Shown here: piece by piece, positions 50,281-63,836 of the stretch
Layout: each line of letters opens with the position of its first letter
Position numbering within the stretch: the first letter of the stretch is position 1
NCBI RefSeq assembly: GCF_006345805.1
Contig: NC_043003.1
Location: 66,402,001-66,466,000, forward strand
Source of the DNA: Octopus sinensis
Lineage: Eukaryota
Length of the DNA: 64,000 bases
Direction of reading: 5' to 3'
The notes under the pieces: model-generated
Databases searched by the model: none
Seen by the model: only the letters and a program-made list of their open reading frames with translations
What the model was told of the DNA's origin: nothing
Position numbers and translations under genes: made by a program

Positions 50281-51138
50281 ATCAGTTTTATTCCTGAGAC
50301 GCTTTATCACGGGGGCGTAAAATATACTATCACCGGTTGTCAATTTATGGCAGGACACACACATAGAATTTCCGTCTGCCATATTACTCACAAAGCTATG
50401 GTCGGCCAAGGGCTATAGTTAAAGACACTTGGCCAAAGCGCCATTCAGTGGAACAGAACACGAAACCCCGTTGTTGCTTTAACGGAGTTCTTAACGTCAC
50501 AAGTATGCATGCGCTTCTAACTACCATGCCTGCGGGTAATATGATATGATACCATATGATATACGATCTAATATGTATGTGTGTGTGTTTGTATGTGTGT
50601 GTGATATGTGTGTGCGTGTGTGTGTGTGCGTTCGTGAATATATACATATAAATTATTAGAGCTTCATAAAACTGGACGTGATATCTTCAAACGGAAAATA
50701 TATATTATAAACTCTTGGGGGGGTCAATGTTTATTATTCCCATATTTGTGGTGTTATACCGTTACAGTGACATACTTCGGTTGTCATCATAGGCGCAGTT
50801 GTAGCTGTATGGTAAAAAGCTTGCTTTCCAACCACATGGTTCCGGCTTCAGTCCCATTAAATGACACCTTAGGGAAGTGTCTTCTATTATAGGCTCGGGC
50901 CCAAGGCCTTGGGAGTGGATTTGGAAGATAGAAACTGAAAGAAGCCCTTCGTATATATATATATATACAGAGAGAGGGGGAGAGAGAGAGAGAGAGAGAG
51001 AGACGGATAGAAAACTGAAAGTTATGTACATACAAACGTACATACATGAATGCATACGTAAATACATGAATACATACATACATACATAAATACACACATA
51101 CATACATACATACATAAATACATATATACATACATACA

Positions 51139-51463
51139 TATGATGGCCGTCCACTAGTGACAGAGGAAGACCATTGCTGGCCTTCAGGAACATTGTGCGC
51201 TCTAGGTCAATCTTATATTTTGTATTTGCGGTTCTGTTGGAGGCTAATGAGTCCTGCTCTTGACAAGCAAACATTACAAACCAAGCTTTCCCCATTCACT
51301 ACACCAGCTGTGCGCTTTCGAGCAGCACGCTTAAATCCTTCATGCAATATATGTGCTCTCTCAAAAGTGTCGATCCCTTCCTTAACCCGTCTCCTCCATC
51401 TGTGGCGATGACAGGCATTGCTCTTCCAGTCAGTCTTCTGCATATCACAGGCCTTTAAATCAT
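51139..51463 (-). mobile_element. RTE (BovB-like) LINE 3' end inserted in (TACA)n
   Basis: DLKACD...W...A.HR.RWRRRVKEG..FE...KRAARK...CNVC..LSRAGLIS. Confidence 0.8.
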
Positions 51464-52329
51464 ACATACATACATACGTACATACGTACATACATACATC
51501 GAAACTTCCCGCTTCTGTATCCAGATTATAAATACACATTTATAGCAATAATAAATGATGCATTTGGTTTTGTAAATGCTTAACTGTCAGTCTGGATAAG
51601 CTAGGGTCTCAGAAAAAAAACAAAACAGAAATCAACCGAGTAACAGGCACATTGAAAATATAATCTGCAAATGAAACCGTAAAACTATGCAAAACTTTTC
51701 TTAAATGTAAAATGTGACATTGTTTCCGTTATCTACATTCCAAAGATGGAGCTTCGTATCTTTGTCAGAAACCAGCTCCTTCCTCAGCAGAAGAATTTAA
51801 GTGATTAAAAACAGAAGAGAACAAACATACATATATCATCTGTATGTATGTGTGCGTGTGTGTGTTCTTAGATAAATTTGCACAATTACCCATACCTTCA
51901 TCCACGCTCTTAATACGAAGAAATATAAACATAGTTTACAAGGGTATGTGGTGGTGCATGCAAATCAGCTTCATATGTTTGCAGTTATATGCTTCCATAC
52001 ATTTATGAGCACGTGTGTATGCGTATGTGTGTGTGTGTGTGTGTGTGTTTTGTATATCTTCAGAGTTGCGTTTTTTTCTGTTTCCTCGAGAATCTATCAA
52101 ATATCCATACGATCAATCACGTTGTGTCTTTATTCAGCATTTTTTAAAGCTTTTTAATCCGATCAAATTTTTTCTGCAGCTTTAAAAATATTTCCTGTCC
52201 TTTTTTTTGGTGGGAGGGGGAAGAAATTTTTATAATTTTTTTCTTTTTCGCTTTGCATTTAACTTTCGCTTTCATTCACCTAATGTATGTGTGTACGTAT
52301 ATTTATATACGAGTATTTGCATGTATATA

Positions 52330-52378
<49 letters not shown>

Positions 52379-52391
52379 ATCCGTAATAATG

Positions 52392-52490
52392 AAGTGTTGA
52401 AATTAATTAATTGGAATATTATCAATAACCAAGTAGTCTTCGGCATGTAAAAGCCTCATTCGAGGAAAATTTAGTATTGCTAGTATTAAT
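52392..52490. repeat. Third copy of the 44.8-kb element core
   Basis: tcggcatgtaaaagcctcattcgaggaaa (52440-52468) is identical to 44840-44868. Confidence 0.75.
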
Positions 52491-52505
52491 TATATATATA
52501 TAAGT

Positions 52506-53517
52506 TGCTACGATGACCACCCTTGCTAGCTATGCAGATGACACAAAGGTCTCTCCACGCAATACAGAACCCTGAAATATTGCGCATCTGCAACATGAGC
52601 TGGACACAATATACAGGTGGGCTGAGGACAACAACATGCAGTTTAATGCAGGGTAAGTTCCAGGCCCTGCGCTACTGGCACACAAGGTAAATGACGTGAA
52701 GACTGGATACACTGGCCCAGGAAGAATTGCAATCCCTGAGTCAAAATCAGTGCGTGACCTGGGCATTGACATGAGCAATGATGCATCTTTCAAATGCATA
52801 TTGCTAATCTGGTGATAAAATGCAGACGGCTAGCTGGATGGATTCTCCGAACTTTCAGAACAAGAGAGAAGGAGACACTGATGGTCCTATGGAAAACATT
52901 TGTCCTCAGCCGCTTGGACTACTGCTCCCAACTTTGGTCACCACACAATATAAAACAAACAGCAGAACTCGAAGCAACTCAGAGAAGCTACACAAAGAAA
53001 ATCGTCTCAATGCAAAATGTCAGAACTGGGGGGAAAGACTGAAGGTATTAAATCTTCTCCCTGGAGCGGAGGCGGGAGAGATATGCAGTAATATACATCT
53101 GGAAAATCCTGGAGGGTCTTATCCCAAACTTGGCATTCAAAGTTACCCAACCGCAGAACGGGGCGCCGCTGCGTGGTGCCAAGGATTCCAACATCACCAT
53201 CAAAATACAGGTCCAGATACTGCAACAGCTGGGTTTCAGAGGACCACAGCTTTTCAACATCCTCCCTAAATGCCTGAGAGACTTACATGGTGTGGATGTG
53301 GGTTTCTTTAAAACAAAATAAATGGATCTCTTCTTGTTGGAAGTCCCAGATGAACCACCTCACGACAGGAGACGCGGATGCGGGCAGCAGCATCGAACTC
53401 CCTTGTTGATCAAGTGCCACGTATCAGAGTGGATTCACAAACTAGTTGGCTCATTCAGCGGTGGTGCCCCAGCATGGCCGGCCTTCGGGCTAAAACATTT
53501 TAAGGATTTAAGGATTT
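52506..53517 (+). mobile_element. CR1/L2-group LINE 3' end (RT C-terminus plus tail)
   Basis: SYADDTK, LQHELDTIYRWAEDNNMQFNA.KF, AGWILRTFRTR, FVLSRLDYCSQLWSP, FRGPQLFNILP; tail (TTTAAGGA)n. Confidence 0.9.
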
Positions 53518-53801
53518 ATATATATATATATATATATTATATAATATATATATATAATATATATATATAATATATATTATATATGTGTGTGTGTGGTATG
53601 TGTGTGTACGTGTGTGTGGGGTGGGGGGGTGGGGGGGGGTGGTGGGGGTGGGGGGTGTGGGGGGGGGTGGTGTGTGGGGGTGTATAGATATATATCCACG
53701 TATATATATATAAACATATATATATGTATATATATAATACACGTTATATATATATATATAATATATATTTACATATACATACACACACACATACATATAT
53801 T

Positions 53802-53866
<65 letters not shown>

Positions 53867-54006
53867 ATAATTTATGACTTGTCCTTCCCTTTTCTAGATT
53901 TCATTTCTTCATATTCATCTGTCTGAAATAGTCGGTTACAAATCTATAAACAACATTTATATATACCTGCATATATATGAGTGTGTGTGTATGTTTGTGT
54001 GTGTTT

Positions 54007-54114
<108 letters not shown>

Positions 54115-54690
54115 GTATATGATGTACCTTGATCCTTATGGAAACATATAACAAATATATGTTTATCTATACGTGCTCACACACAGACATAAGCATGTGT
54201 ATGTGCGTATGTGCGTGTGTCTGTGACTCTCTCAGTATATGAGCGCGGATGCTTATAAGCAAGAGTATCTTTTTGTCTCTCTATCTCTATGCTCCAGTTC
54301 CCACATGTTAGTATGTGTTGGGCCCAGTGTTTCTGTGTGTGCAAAATACTATTTTCCGAACTATAAGTCACTCCCTCACATTCTCTGAGACACTCTCTGT
54401 TCTTGTGTGGCCTACCAAGACATCACTGATACAGGGAATCTAGAATGGTACACAATTCTTTGTTCTAACCCATAAAAGCGCTCTTTCTGTTAATGTCTTG
54501 AGTAGCCATAAATTTTCCGTCTCGCATGCATTGATACGTTGAGAAACGAACCCTAACTGATCACTTAGAGACTTATCGCTTCTTTATGGCAATCTAAATA
54601 TGTTTCAGCGTAACGGGAGCATTCTATCTAAACATATATATAAATATGTTGTATGTATGTGTATGTCTGTCTGTATATATATATATGCAT

Positions 54691-54736
<46 letters not shown>

Positions 54737-54814
54737 GCATATACATATATATATATATATATATGAATATATGTTTTATATACATACACATACATATAAA
54801 TGCATACATTGATA

Positions 54815-54874
<60 letters not shown>

Positions 54875-54987
54875 ATATATACAGTATTGTATATGCATAC
54901 ACATTAGTTTTCGATATGTTTTTGCAGCAGCGGGAGTGCGATGTATTTGTGTTTATGGATGTATGTTTACTAGTGCGCGCGTGCACG

Positions 54988-55020
<33 letters not shown>

Positions 55021-55569
55021 CAAGATATATCTCTACATAGGTACACGTGAAAACAAATCCATATTAACATGAGTATCCAGAGACAGACTTTTTACATTAA
55101 TATATATATATATACATTAATATACTCCTGCGTTAATCGCATTAGCTATCCTGGCGCTATTGTAAACATAAGAGCTGTATTTACATATGTATGTAGCATT
55201 TATCCTTTTCTAGTTTCAATTATTTAACTGCGCCCATGTTGGGGCACCATCATGAACGGTTTGCTCGAATAAAATCGACGCCAGTATCTTTTTATAGGTC
55301 TGGTACTTATACAGTTGGTGTCTACTTACTGAAGCGCTAATTTCTGGGGATGTAAACAAACGAAAGCCGGTTGTCAAGCGATGGCCGCGAACAAACACTA
55401 ACCCATGCATTCATAAATGCATCCATGCATACATACATACATACATACATACATACATACATACATACATACATACATACATACATACATACATACACAC
55501 ATATATACATACATGGGTAGATATACGGTATGCTAGAGAATAAAGGCTGTATTGACAGTAAGCGTAGCT

Positions 55570-56290
55570 ACTCCTGGAACTGCGATAGATACATTACATC
55601 CCACCTACAAGGATATGCCTTTACTAACCACGAACAAGTGATAGCAGCTAAATATCTGATAAACAAAAGGAACAAAATACTAACAGACCTCCATGTTGTG
55701 ATAAACAAAATGTCAGCTCTCTTATACCAGTGTGAAAGTTATCACCAACACTATCAACAGCGGTCCCAAACTGTCTACGAGATACTACAAGCCCCACGAG
55801 GCATGATATATTTGCAACGATTATTTACAATGCTATCCACAGGAAGGACTGACTTGACGTATACATCAAAGGCATGTCAGAACCAGCATGTATTCACCTC
55901 TCTAAAGACAAGGAATACTGGCGAAACATTCCAATACAAACAGTAATTCGGTGCAAACACGAGAGTCCTGATAGTGTTCTTTGGAACAGAGAACTAGTTA
56001 TGCACTCTTGTAACGCTCGTCTATCCACCGGATGTGAATGCACAATCGAAAGTTCAAGAACAAGAGAATATTTACGACGAATTCATACGGACCTCACAGC
56101 CCTTGTGCTCTGACTATAAAATTCTCATTGGTACTTATCACCATTGGTAGATTAGGTTATGTACAAAAACATTTACACAAATACTCGGTTTCCCAGAGAA
56201 AGGGCAAAAAAGTAAATAATAATAAATAAAAACTGACGCAGATTCTCCAAACGAAATCTATTGGTGACACAGTCAAGGCTTGTAAGATAT
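55570..56290 (+). mobile_element. RLE-type non-LTR retrotransposon 3' fragment (R4/NeSL-like)
   Basis: AF..HEQ.IA.KYLINKR, decayed zinc knuckle KCQLS..V...T.TINS.PKLSTRYY, KEYWRNIPIQTVIRCKH..PD.VLW. Confidence 0.7.
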
Positions 56291-56700
56291 TCTTTACTCT
56301 TTACTCTTTTACTTGTTTCAGTCATGTGGCTGTGGCCATACTGGAGCACCGCCTTTAGTCGATCAAATCGAGCCCAGAACTTATTCGTTGTAAGCCTAGT
56401 ACTTAGTCTATCGGTCACTTTTACCGAACCGCTGGATAACGGGGATGTAAACACACCAGCATCGGATGTGAAGCGATGTTGGGAGGACAAACACAGACAA
56501 ACAAACATATACACACACATACATATATATATACATATATACGACGGGTTTTTTTCAGTCTCCGTGTACCAAATCCACTCACAAGGCTTTGGTCGGCACG
56601 TGGCTATAGTAGAAGACACTTGCCCAAGGTGCCACGCAGTGGGACTGTACCCGGAACCATGTAGTTGATAAGCAAGCAACTTGCTACATACCACACAGCC
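56291..56700 (-). mobile_element. SINE family B, full length
   Basis: tttactctttactcttttacttgtttcagtc...gacacttgcccaaggtgccacgcagtgggac. Confidence 0.88.
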
Positions 56701-57051
56701 GTGAATAGCTGCACACTTAGTTGTATGCAATGGCAGTTTAAGCAACGCACCAAATCTACCACATATTTACAAACACCGTGAACTCTCGTAACACAAAATA
56801 CCATGTAGCTTTGTTCGAAACGGGTTTGTTAGAAACGGGTTTGAACTTTCTTAAGAACTTAAATAATACACAAAGAGAAGACATATATTGATATGTACGT
56901 ATATACATACACGACAGAAGACTTTCGTAGGCTGAGAAAGATGGTCCTGAATTTTTTTTTTCCTGAGTAACCTGCACAAAGACTTTGTTTATTGTGATCA
57001 AATTCATGTGCTGTATATCAGCTCACTCTCTTCATCAAACCAATGTTGCTT

Positions 57052-57192
57052 GTATAGATGTCGATGTATACGCAGAGCAACGTGAGAGAACGTGTTTTGG
57101 ACCAGAACACAACACACCACCCTCTCTGTGATTTCAAACTGCTATCTCATGATCGTGGGGGCCACAGTTTAACCACTAGTCCATGCGTACTC
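57052..57192 (-). mobile_element. SINE family E, 5' portion
   Basis: Minus strand tggactagtggtt...gtttgaaatc...gttgctctgcg..tcgacatct, matching 40934-41080. Confidence 0.6.
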
Positions 57193-57266
57193 ATACATAC
57201 GCACATACAAATCTATTCAGAAAGGATGGAGCTATAGCAGAAGACACTTTCCCAAGGTGCCATCAG

Positions 57267-57362
<96 letters not shown>

Positions 57363-57684
57363 CACACACACACACATATATATATTGTGTGTGTGTGTGT
57401 GTGTGTGTGTGTATAGGTATACATATGTATTACATATGTATGCATGTATGCATGTGTGTATATTTATATATATAATCCTCTAAACGACCCTATTTTGATA
57501 AGGTAATAAATACACGGGAGATTTAGTATGGAAGTATCGTTAAGGGCATAAGATGTCAGTATTTTGTCAGATATGTTACTCTAAACATACGTATTCCCTG
57601 TACTGCTTGGATTGAAATATACTTATAAATGTATAAATATATGGAGACACACACACACATTCTCTCTTTCTCTATATACATATA

Positions 57685-58564
57685 CAAGAGCTGATCAATA
57701 AGTATCCGGACTGTTGCCGTAGTAACGAAGCTAAGGCACGCAGAGTAAAGCTGCTTGGCTCTGCTGCTGTTGAGATGCATTAAGTTTTGACGTTCTAATT
57801 CACTTCCGATATTTACAGCAGTGCTTGGAAGGAACGTGTGTAGCGTGTGATCGTTGCATTGACCATGACAGAGAAAGTTTTCATGGCGATACCTGATCAC
57901 AAGCCTACACAAAATTGCAGAAAATGTATAAAGACGAACGTATAAGCCGCATACAAGTGTACGAGTGGTTCATACGTTTCCAAGATGGCCAAAAAAATGT
58001 CTATATTGACGAACTTTCTGGGAGATCCGCAACCAGCAGAACTGAGAAATATATCGCAAATGTGCATGCAGCTGTGAGGGGAAATCATCGAATCACCATC
58101 CGTGAGTTATCAAAGGATGTGCAGATTAGTTAAGGTTCAGTTCAGCTCATTATCACTGAAGATTTGGATATGAGATGCATGTCTGCCATCTTTGTGCCCA
58201 AACTTTTCAGCTGAGCAAGAAGACACTCGGATTTCACTTGCATAAAATTTCCTTGATTGTGCCGAGAACGATGAAAACTCATTGGAAACTTTGCATAGGC
58301 TTCTCAGCAGGTATCGCCAAGCTTTTGACAAAATTTGGTGCCGATTCTCTGCTCAACTTTCTCTGTCATGGTCAACGCGACAATCACACGCTACACACCT
58401 TAACCTCCAAGCACTGCTGTAAACAGCGGAAGTGATCAAGAACGTTAAAACTTAGTGCACATGCACAGCTAGTATCAAAGTTAATCTTTGCACAGATGCT
58501 TGACTCTGTGTATTTCAGCTTCGTTAATATGGCAACAGTCCAGATACTTGTGGATCAGAACACA
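57685..58564. mobile_element. mariner-derived foldback made of two convergent 5' ends
   Basis: Left arm TIR plus MTEKV..YEWF.RF.DG...D...GR..TSRTE..RITIRELS..FVPK; right arm (58284-58564) is an inverted TIR, 5' UTR and MTEKVEQRIGTKFCQKLG. Confidence 0.8.
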
Positions 58565-58879
58565 TACATTCACATGGACGTATGCATGAAAACATTAAAG
58601 ATATTTTAAAAAGGCATAATGTGGTGCTCTGTATCGAAATGGTTGAGAATCGCGGTTTCTGATCCCAACTATTACTATTCTAACGCATTGCACCGGCGCA
58701 TGTTATTCTTCAATACAAACTACGATATCCGATTCACACTCATTTCTATCCTTTTCTTGTTGTTTAAACATAATTTATACTGAATTTATTATTTTTTTTG
58801 CTATAACCTTTTGTAAATTGATTGCGTAGTGTGGATCCCGAAGGATTGGAAGTCAACGCCCATAATTATAATTTGGTAC

Positions 58880-59030
58880 AGGCGCAGGAGTGGCTGTGTG
58901 GTAAAAATTTTGCTTCTCAACCACATAGTTCCGGGTTCACTTCCACTTGGGCAAGTGTCTTCCTACATAGCTTCGCGTCTGTTAAAATCTTGCGAGTGGA
59001 TTTGGTAGACGAAAACTAAAAGCCTGTCGT

Positions 59031-59035
<5 letters not shown>
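58880..59035 (+). mobile_element. SINE family B, 5' half
   Basis: ggcgcaggagtggctgtgtggt...ttccgggttcac...cttgggcaagtgtctt. Confidence 0.8.
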
Positions 59036-59121
<86 letters not shown>

Positions 59122-59708
59122 CATATACATATATATATATACATATTTATACATATATATTATATATATATATATATATGTACAGTTATGTATATATGTG
59201 TGTGTGTGTATGTATGCATATAGCTATGTGTATGTTGCAATTATTCAGATCACCGCAACTGCCACCATCCTCATCACATTAACCCAGGGAGATTTTCAAT
59301 CTGAGCTAGCAACTGCATCTATGTATCAGTTGACAATGGTAACCGGCCCTGTTCTTCTTCCTCTGACAAAAGGCTTCATCGGTCAGTGTGGAAATATGTA
59401 ACTGCGCCTTCATCCCCAAGGTCACGATTTAAAGGTGGCATTTCTGATTTTGTATTTTTTTTTTCATTTGGTAGATGTCCTTTCTTTCCTTTCTTCGCGC
59501 TGCTATTTTCTAAGGAAGATGCAATGGCGGTAAGAGTTCTGCAACGCTGTCAATTTGGTCAGGCTCTGAACGAAGATCCCAATCAAATGCTGCGTTCCAA
59601 TGCTATAAGTTCTTCACCAATTTACTATCCAAGAGTTGCATTTTATTTCTTCAAGGCTGAAAAAAACAAAAGCAAAAATTAAATCTGTAGAAATTGAAAT
59701 AGCAATTA

Positions 59709-60690
59709 TTTCAAATTTTGCCGCAAGGGCAGCTTGGATTGGATGGGATTGAGTCGATTACATCGACCCTAGTGTTAAACTGGTATATATTTTATCGACC
59801 CCGAAAGGATGGAAGGCAAAGTTGACCTCGGTGGAGTTTGAATTTAGAGCATGAAGACGGACAAAAAGCTGCCAAATATTTTGCCCATAGGCTAACGATT
59901 CTGCCAGGCTTCAAGTTTTGGTACAAGAGCAGCAGTTTGGGGGTAGGTTGAAAGTTATTTGCATCGACACTAACTATCAGTTGGTTCCTATTTTACTGAC
60001 TTTGAAAGGATGGAAGGCAAACTCGACCTTCACGGAATTTGAACTCAGAACATAAAGACGGTCAAATGTCACGAAGCATTGCCCAGTGGCATGTTAATAT
60101 TTATTCTTTTCTACTCAAGGCACAAGGCCAGAAATGTTTGAGAAGGGGTCCAGTTCATTAGATCGACCCCAGTACGCAACTAGTAATTAATTCCTCGACC
60201 CCGAATTTGAACTCAGAACGTAAAGACAGACGAAATACTGCTACGCATTTTGCCTGGCGTGCTAACGTTTCTTATTTCTTTATTGCTCACAAGAGGGTAA
60301 ACATAGAGGAGGCAAACAAGGAAAAACAAAGGGATTAAGTCGATTAGATCGACTCCAGTACGTAACTGGTACTTAATTTATCGAACCCAAAAGGATGAAA
60401 GGTTAAGTCGACCTGGGCAGAATTTGAACTCAGAACGTAACGGCAGACGAAATACATATTTCTTTACTACCCACAAGGGGCTAAACACAGAGGGGACAAA
60501 CAAGGACAGACAAACGGATTAAGTTGATTATATCGACCCCATGGCGTAACTGGTACTTAATTTATCGACCCCGAAAGGATGAAAGGCAAAGTCGACGTCG
60601 GCGGAATTTGAACTCAGAACGTAACGGCAGACGAAATACTGCTAAACATTTCGCTCGGCATGCTAACGTTTCTGCCAGTTCGCCGTCTTT
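59709..60690 (-). mobile_element. SINE family A, five-unit head-to-tail array
   Basis: Units at about 59709-59910, 59917-60095, 60102-60271, 60272-60454 and 60455-60690. Confidence 0.85.
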
Positions 60691-61169
60691 CGCCTTTGAC
60701 CTTTTATTTCAGCAAACAAGTAAACAACCAAGAATAAAAGACGACTTCACAGCAAGTCAACACCATATTCTAATTTGAATATATTTTACTTTATTCCTGC
60801 CTTTATTACCCTTGAAAATGGTATAATCATTACACATCTCGTTTTGTTTCGTATGAAATCCAGAGCATTTAACCTTTATCAAAGAGTCACCAAAATTTTT
60901 AATATCAAAAGCCATTTCATCTCTTTACACTCCACCCAGATCTGGAAATATATGGGTTTTATCTCTGTAAAACACACTTAATTTGCTTATACTTTTCTTT
61001 TACCCTTTCCTTTTTCTTTCTTGCCATTTAAGAAATTTCCTTCTCATTCATACTCCCCAGGTGTTCCTGCTATCAACTGACGAAACAGGAGTCTTGCAAT
61101 AACTTAAGTTATTACTTGTTATAACTTAAGTACGAAACCCTTTCTCCTTCCACATTATTATTATTATTA

Positions 61170-61214
<45 letters not shown>

Positions 61215-61563
61215 CATCATCATCACATTTTTTTTCTTGTTTATCATTGCCGGTAATTTCTATGATTAATCCCATTTGTGAATGAAACAGAGAGAAAAAA
61301 ACAAAAACAAAAACAAAAAACACACAAACAAAAAAAAAACGAAGGATAAATCATAAATAACCTCATGTTCTTCTATTTCCCCTAAAAGTTGTAAAAGGTA
61401 GCCAAAAGCATCACCTGGTACTAAATGATTGATGCCGTATCCAGTGAGATAAGTGTAAAAATATTTCCCTAGGCAACTTCAAATGATCCCCCATTTTTTT
61501 TTGAATTTATGCTCTTATTATTATCATTATTATTATCATTATTATTATTATTATTATTATTAA

Positions 61564-61603
<40 letters not shown>

Positions 61604-61874
61604 ATTGTTTTGGTTGGGGTTTCTGTATTTGTTTGTTTGCAACGGTAGTCTGAAAAGAAAACCGGTGGTAGCTAATTTTTAACCATTAACTTACATGTGC
61701 AAAAGAAGTTATATCTAAACACAACACGCTGTTAGGAGTCCGTGTAAACATAGAGCTCACACTTGACTAAACCACGATCTCAGAAGGGCTCGGAAAAAGT
61801 TATATATGCATACATACATACATACACACACATATACACACACACATATATATATGTATATTATATATATATAT

Positions 61875-61911
<37 letters not shown>

Positions 61912-61973
61912 TATGTGTACATTATTTATATCCATACATATGTATATATTATTTATATTCATATATATGCATG

Positions 61974-62005
<32 letters not shown>

Positions 62006-62130
62006 CGTGTTTATTTCAGAATGAAGCCACTGATATGCTAAATGGGTACCTCTGTACACACACACATATACACACAAACACACACACACATACATATATG
62101 TATGCATGCACATATGTGTGCATATGGGTG

Positions 62131-62164
<34 letters not shown>

Positions 62165-63836
62165 AGTATATACATGTATATGCTTATATATAAGCACACA
62201 CATGCGTACACACGCTCACACACACACACACATACACACATGCATACATGTATACATACATACATGCATACATACATACATGCATACATACATAAATATA
62301 CAAGCACACTTAGCTATGTCTGCCTGTATGTATTAAGGAGGAGTATTAAAAAGTGACTAACTATAATGATGTTAATAATAATAATTTATATTGGCACCGG
62401 GCCATCACTTTGGGAGAGAGAGAGAGAGAGAGGCGGGGAGCTGGTCGTTGAAACCGACCGGGGTGGATTACTTACCCTCAACAAATTCTGGTTCTCTCTC
62501 CGCCTAAAAAACCGTTAAATACATTGAATTTCTACTTCGTTATTTTCTTCGTTTTCATGTAGAATTTTTCCTTATTTTTTGTTCTTTATTTCCTTTTTTT
62601 TATTTTTGCTTCTTTGTTCGTGATTTGTTAATTAACATCTAGATGTTAATTAATTAGCTGTAAAATGCTGGTGTTTATGTAATTAGAATTATTCTTCACC
62701 CTCTAAGGAGCAAGAGTAAAGTTTTTGTTTGGTGACATGCTAATACTGTGTACGTAATAGGATATAAAGAAATTAACGCGGGTATTTAATCCTTTATTTA
62801 ACCAATCCTGCCATGCCCATCATTAATGGTAACAGGATAACAAATTTCGCGTGGTCGGGTAGTCGATACAATCGACTCCTCGACTTGATTATCTCCTTAC
62901 CTTTATCCTTTACTTGTTTTAGTCTTTGGACTATGGCCACGCTGGAGCCTCACCTATACGGGTTTCGTCGAAAAAAATGAACAATAGTAGTTCTTTATGT
63001 TTGAAGCTTATTGTATAGGATCCTTTTGCTCTACCGCAGGTTTACGGAGACGTAAACAAACAGAGACTTATTTTCTAGCAGTGAATACGAACAACCACAA
63101 CCACACACAGAACAGACACACAAACATATATATATATGAATACATAAATGCATATACATACGTACACACATACATATTCATATAAATTTACACATACTCG
63201 TATATATATCAAAAGAATGTGTTCTAATACTATTCCACATATATAAGAACAGCCATACCAACAATCCAATATACCTCCATCATCAGCAACCTCACAGAAA
63301 TCATTATTGTTTCGACACCTGGGCAGTACCATTCAATCTGGCGGTGTCAACAGCACTAAAATTAGTGTCGTCTGGGAAGAAACATACTAGAAAAACCACA
63401 ACTTTCAAACAAATTTGTCCTGTGTACAACATTACCGGTAAATAAATTCAATAAATAAAGCTATTCCTAAATACGTAACTAATCAGCGTCCAGTCCATTA
63501 ATTCATACAAAAAATATTCCCTACTGTTTCCATAGCATAATATGAAAGTGAAACCTTAAGAACCTCATTTATTCAATCTAAATCAAAACAGGATTAAACA
63601 CTAACTTTAAAATTGAACTACAGCATACATACATACATACATACATACATACATACATACATGCATACATACATACATACATACGTATGTATATATATGT
63701 GTGTGTGTGTGTGAGTGCGCGCGTGTGTTGTGTGTGTGTGTGTATGTAAAGTAAAAAGTAAAAGAGTCAAAAGGAAGAATAAGTACGGTTAGGCAGTTTG
63801 TTAATCACTACAAATGTTTCGATACATACAGATCCT

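Noticed and set aside
51745-51790. Minus-strand CUGAGGA-A-GGAGCU..AGCUCC hairpin
   Set aside because: Not followed by GAAA; no cleavage triplet or stem I.
59709-60690. Regularly repeated units resembling a CRISPR array
   Set aside because: Units are 170-235-bp SINE monomers with no unique spacers; eukaryotic context; no cas genes.
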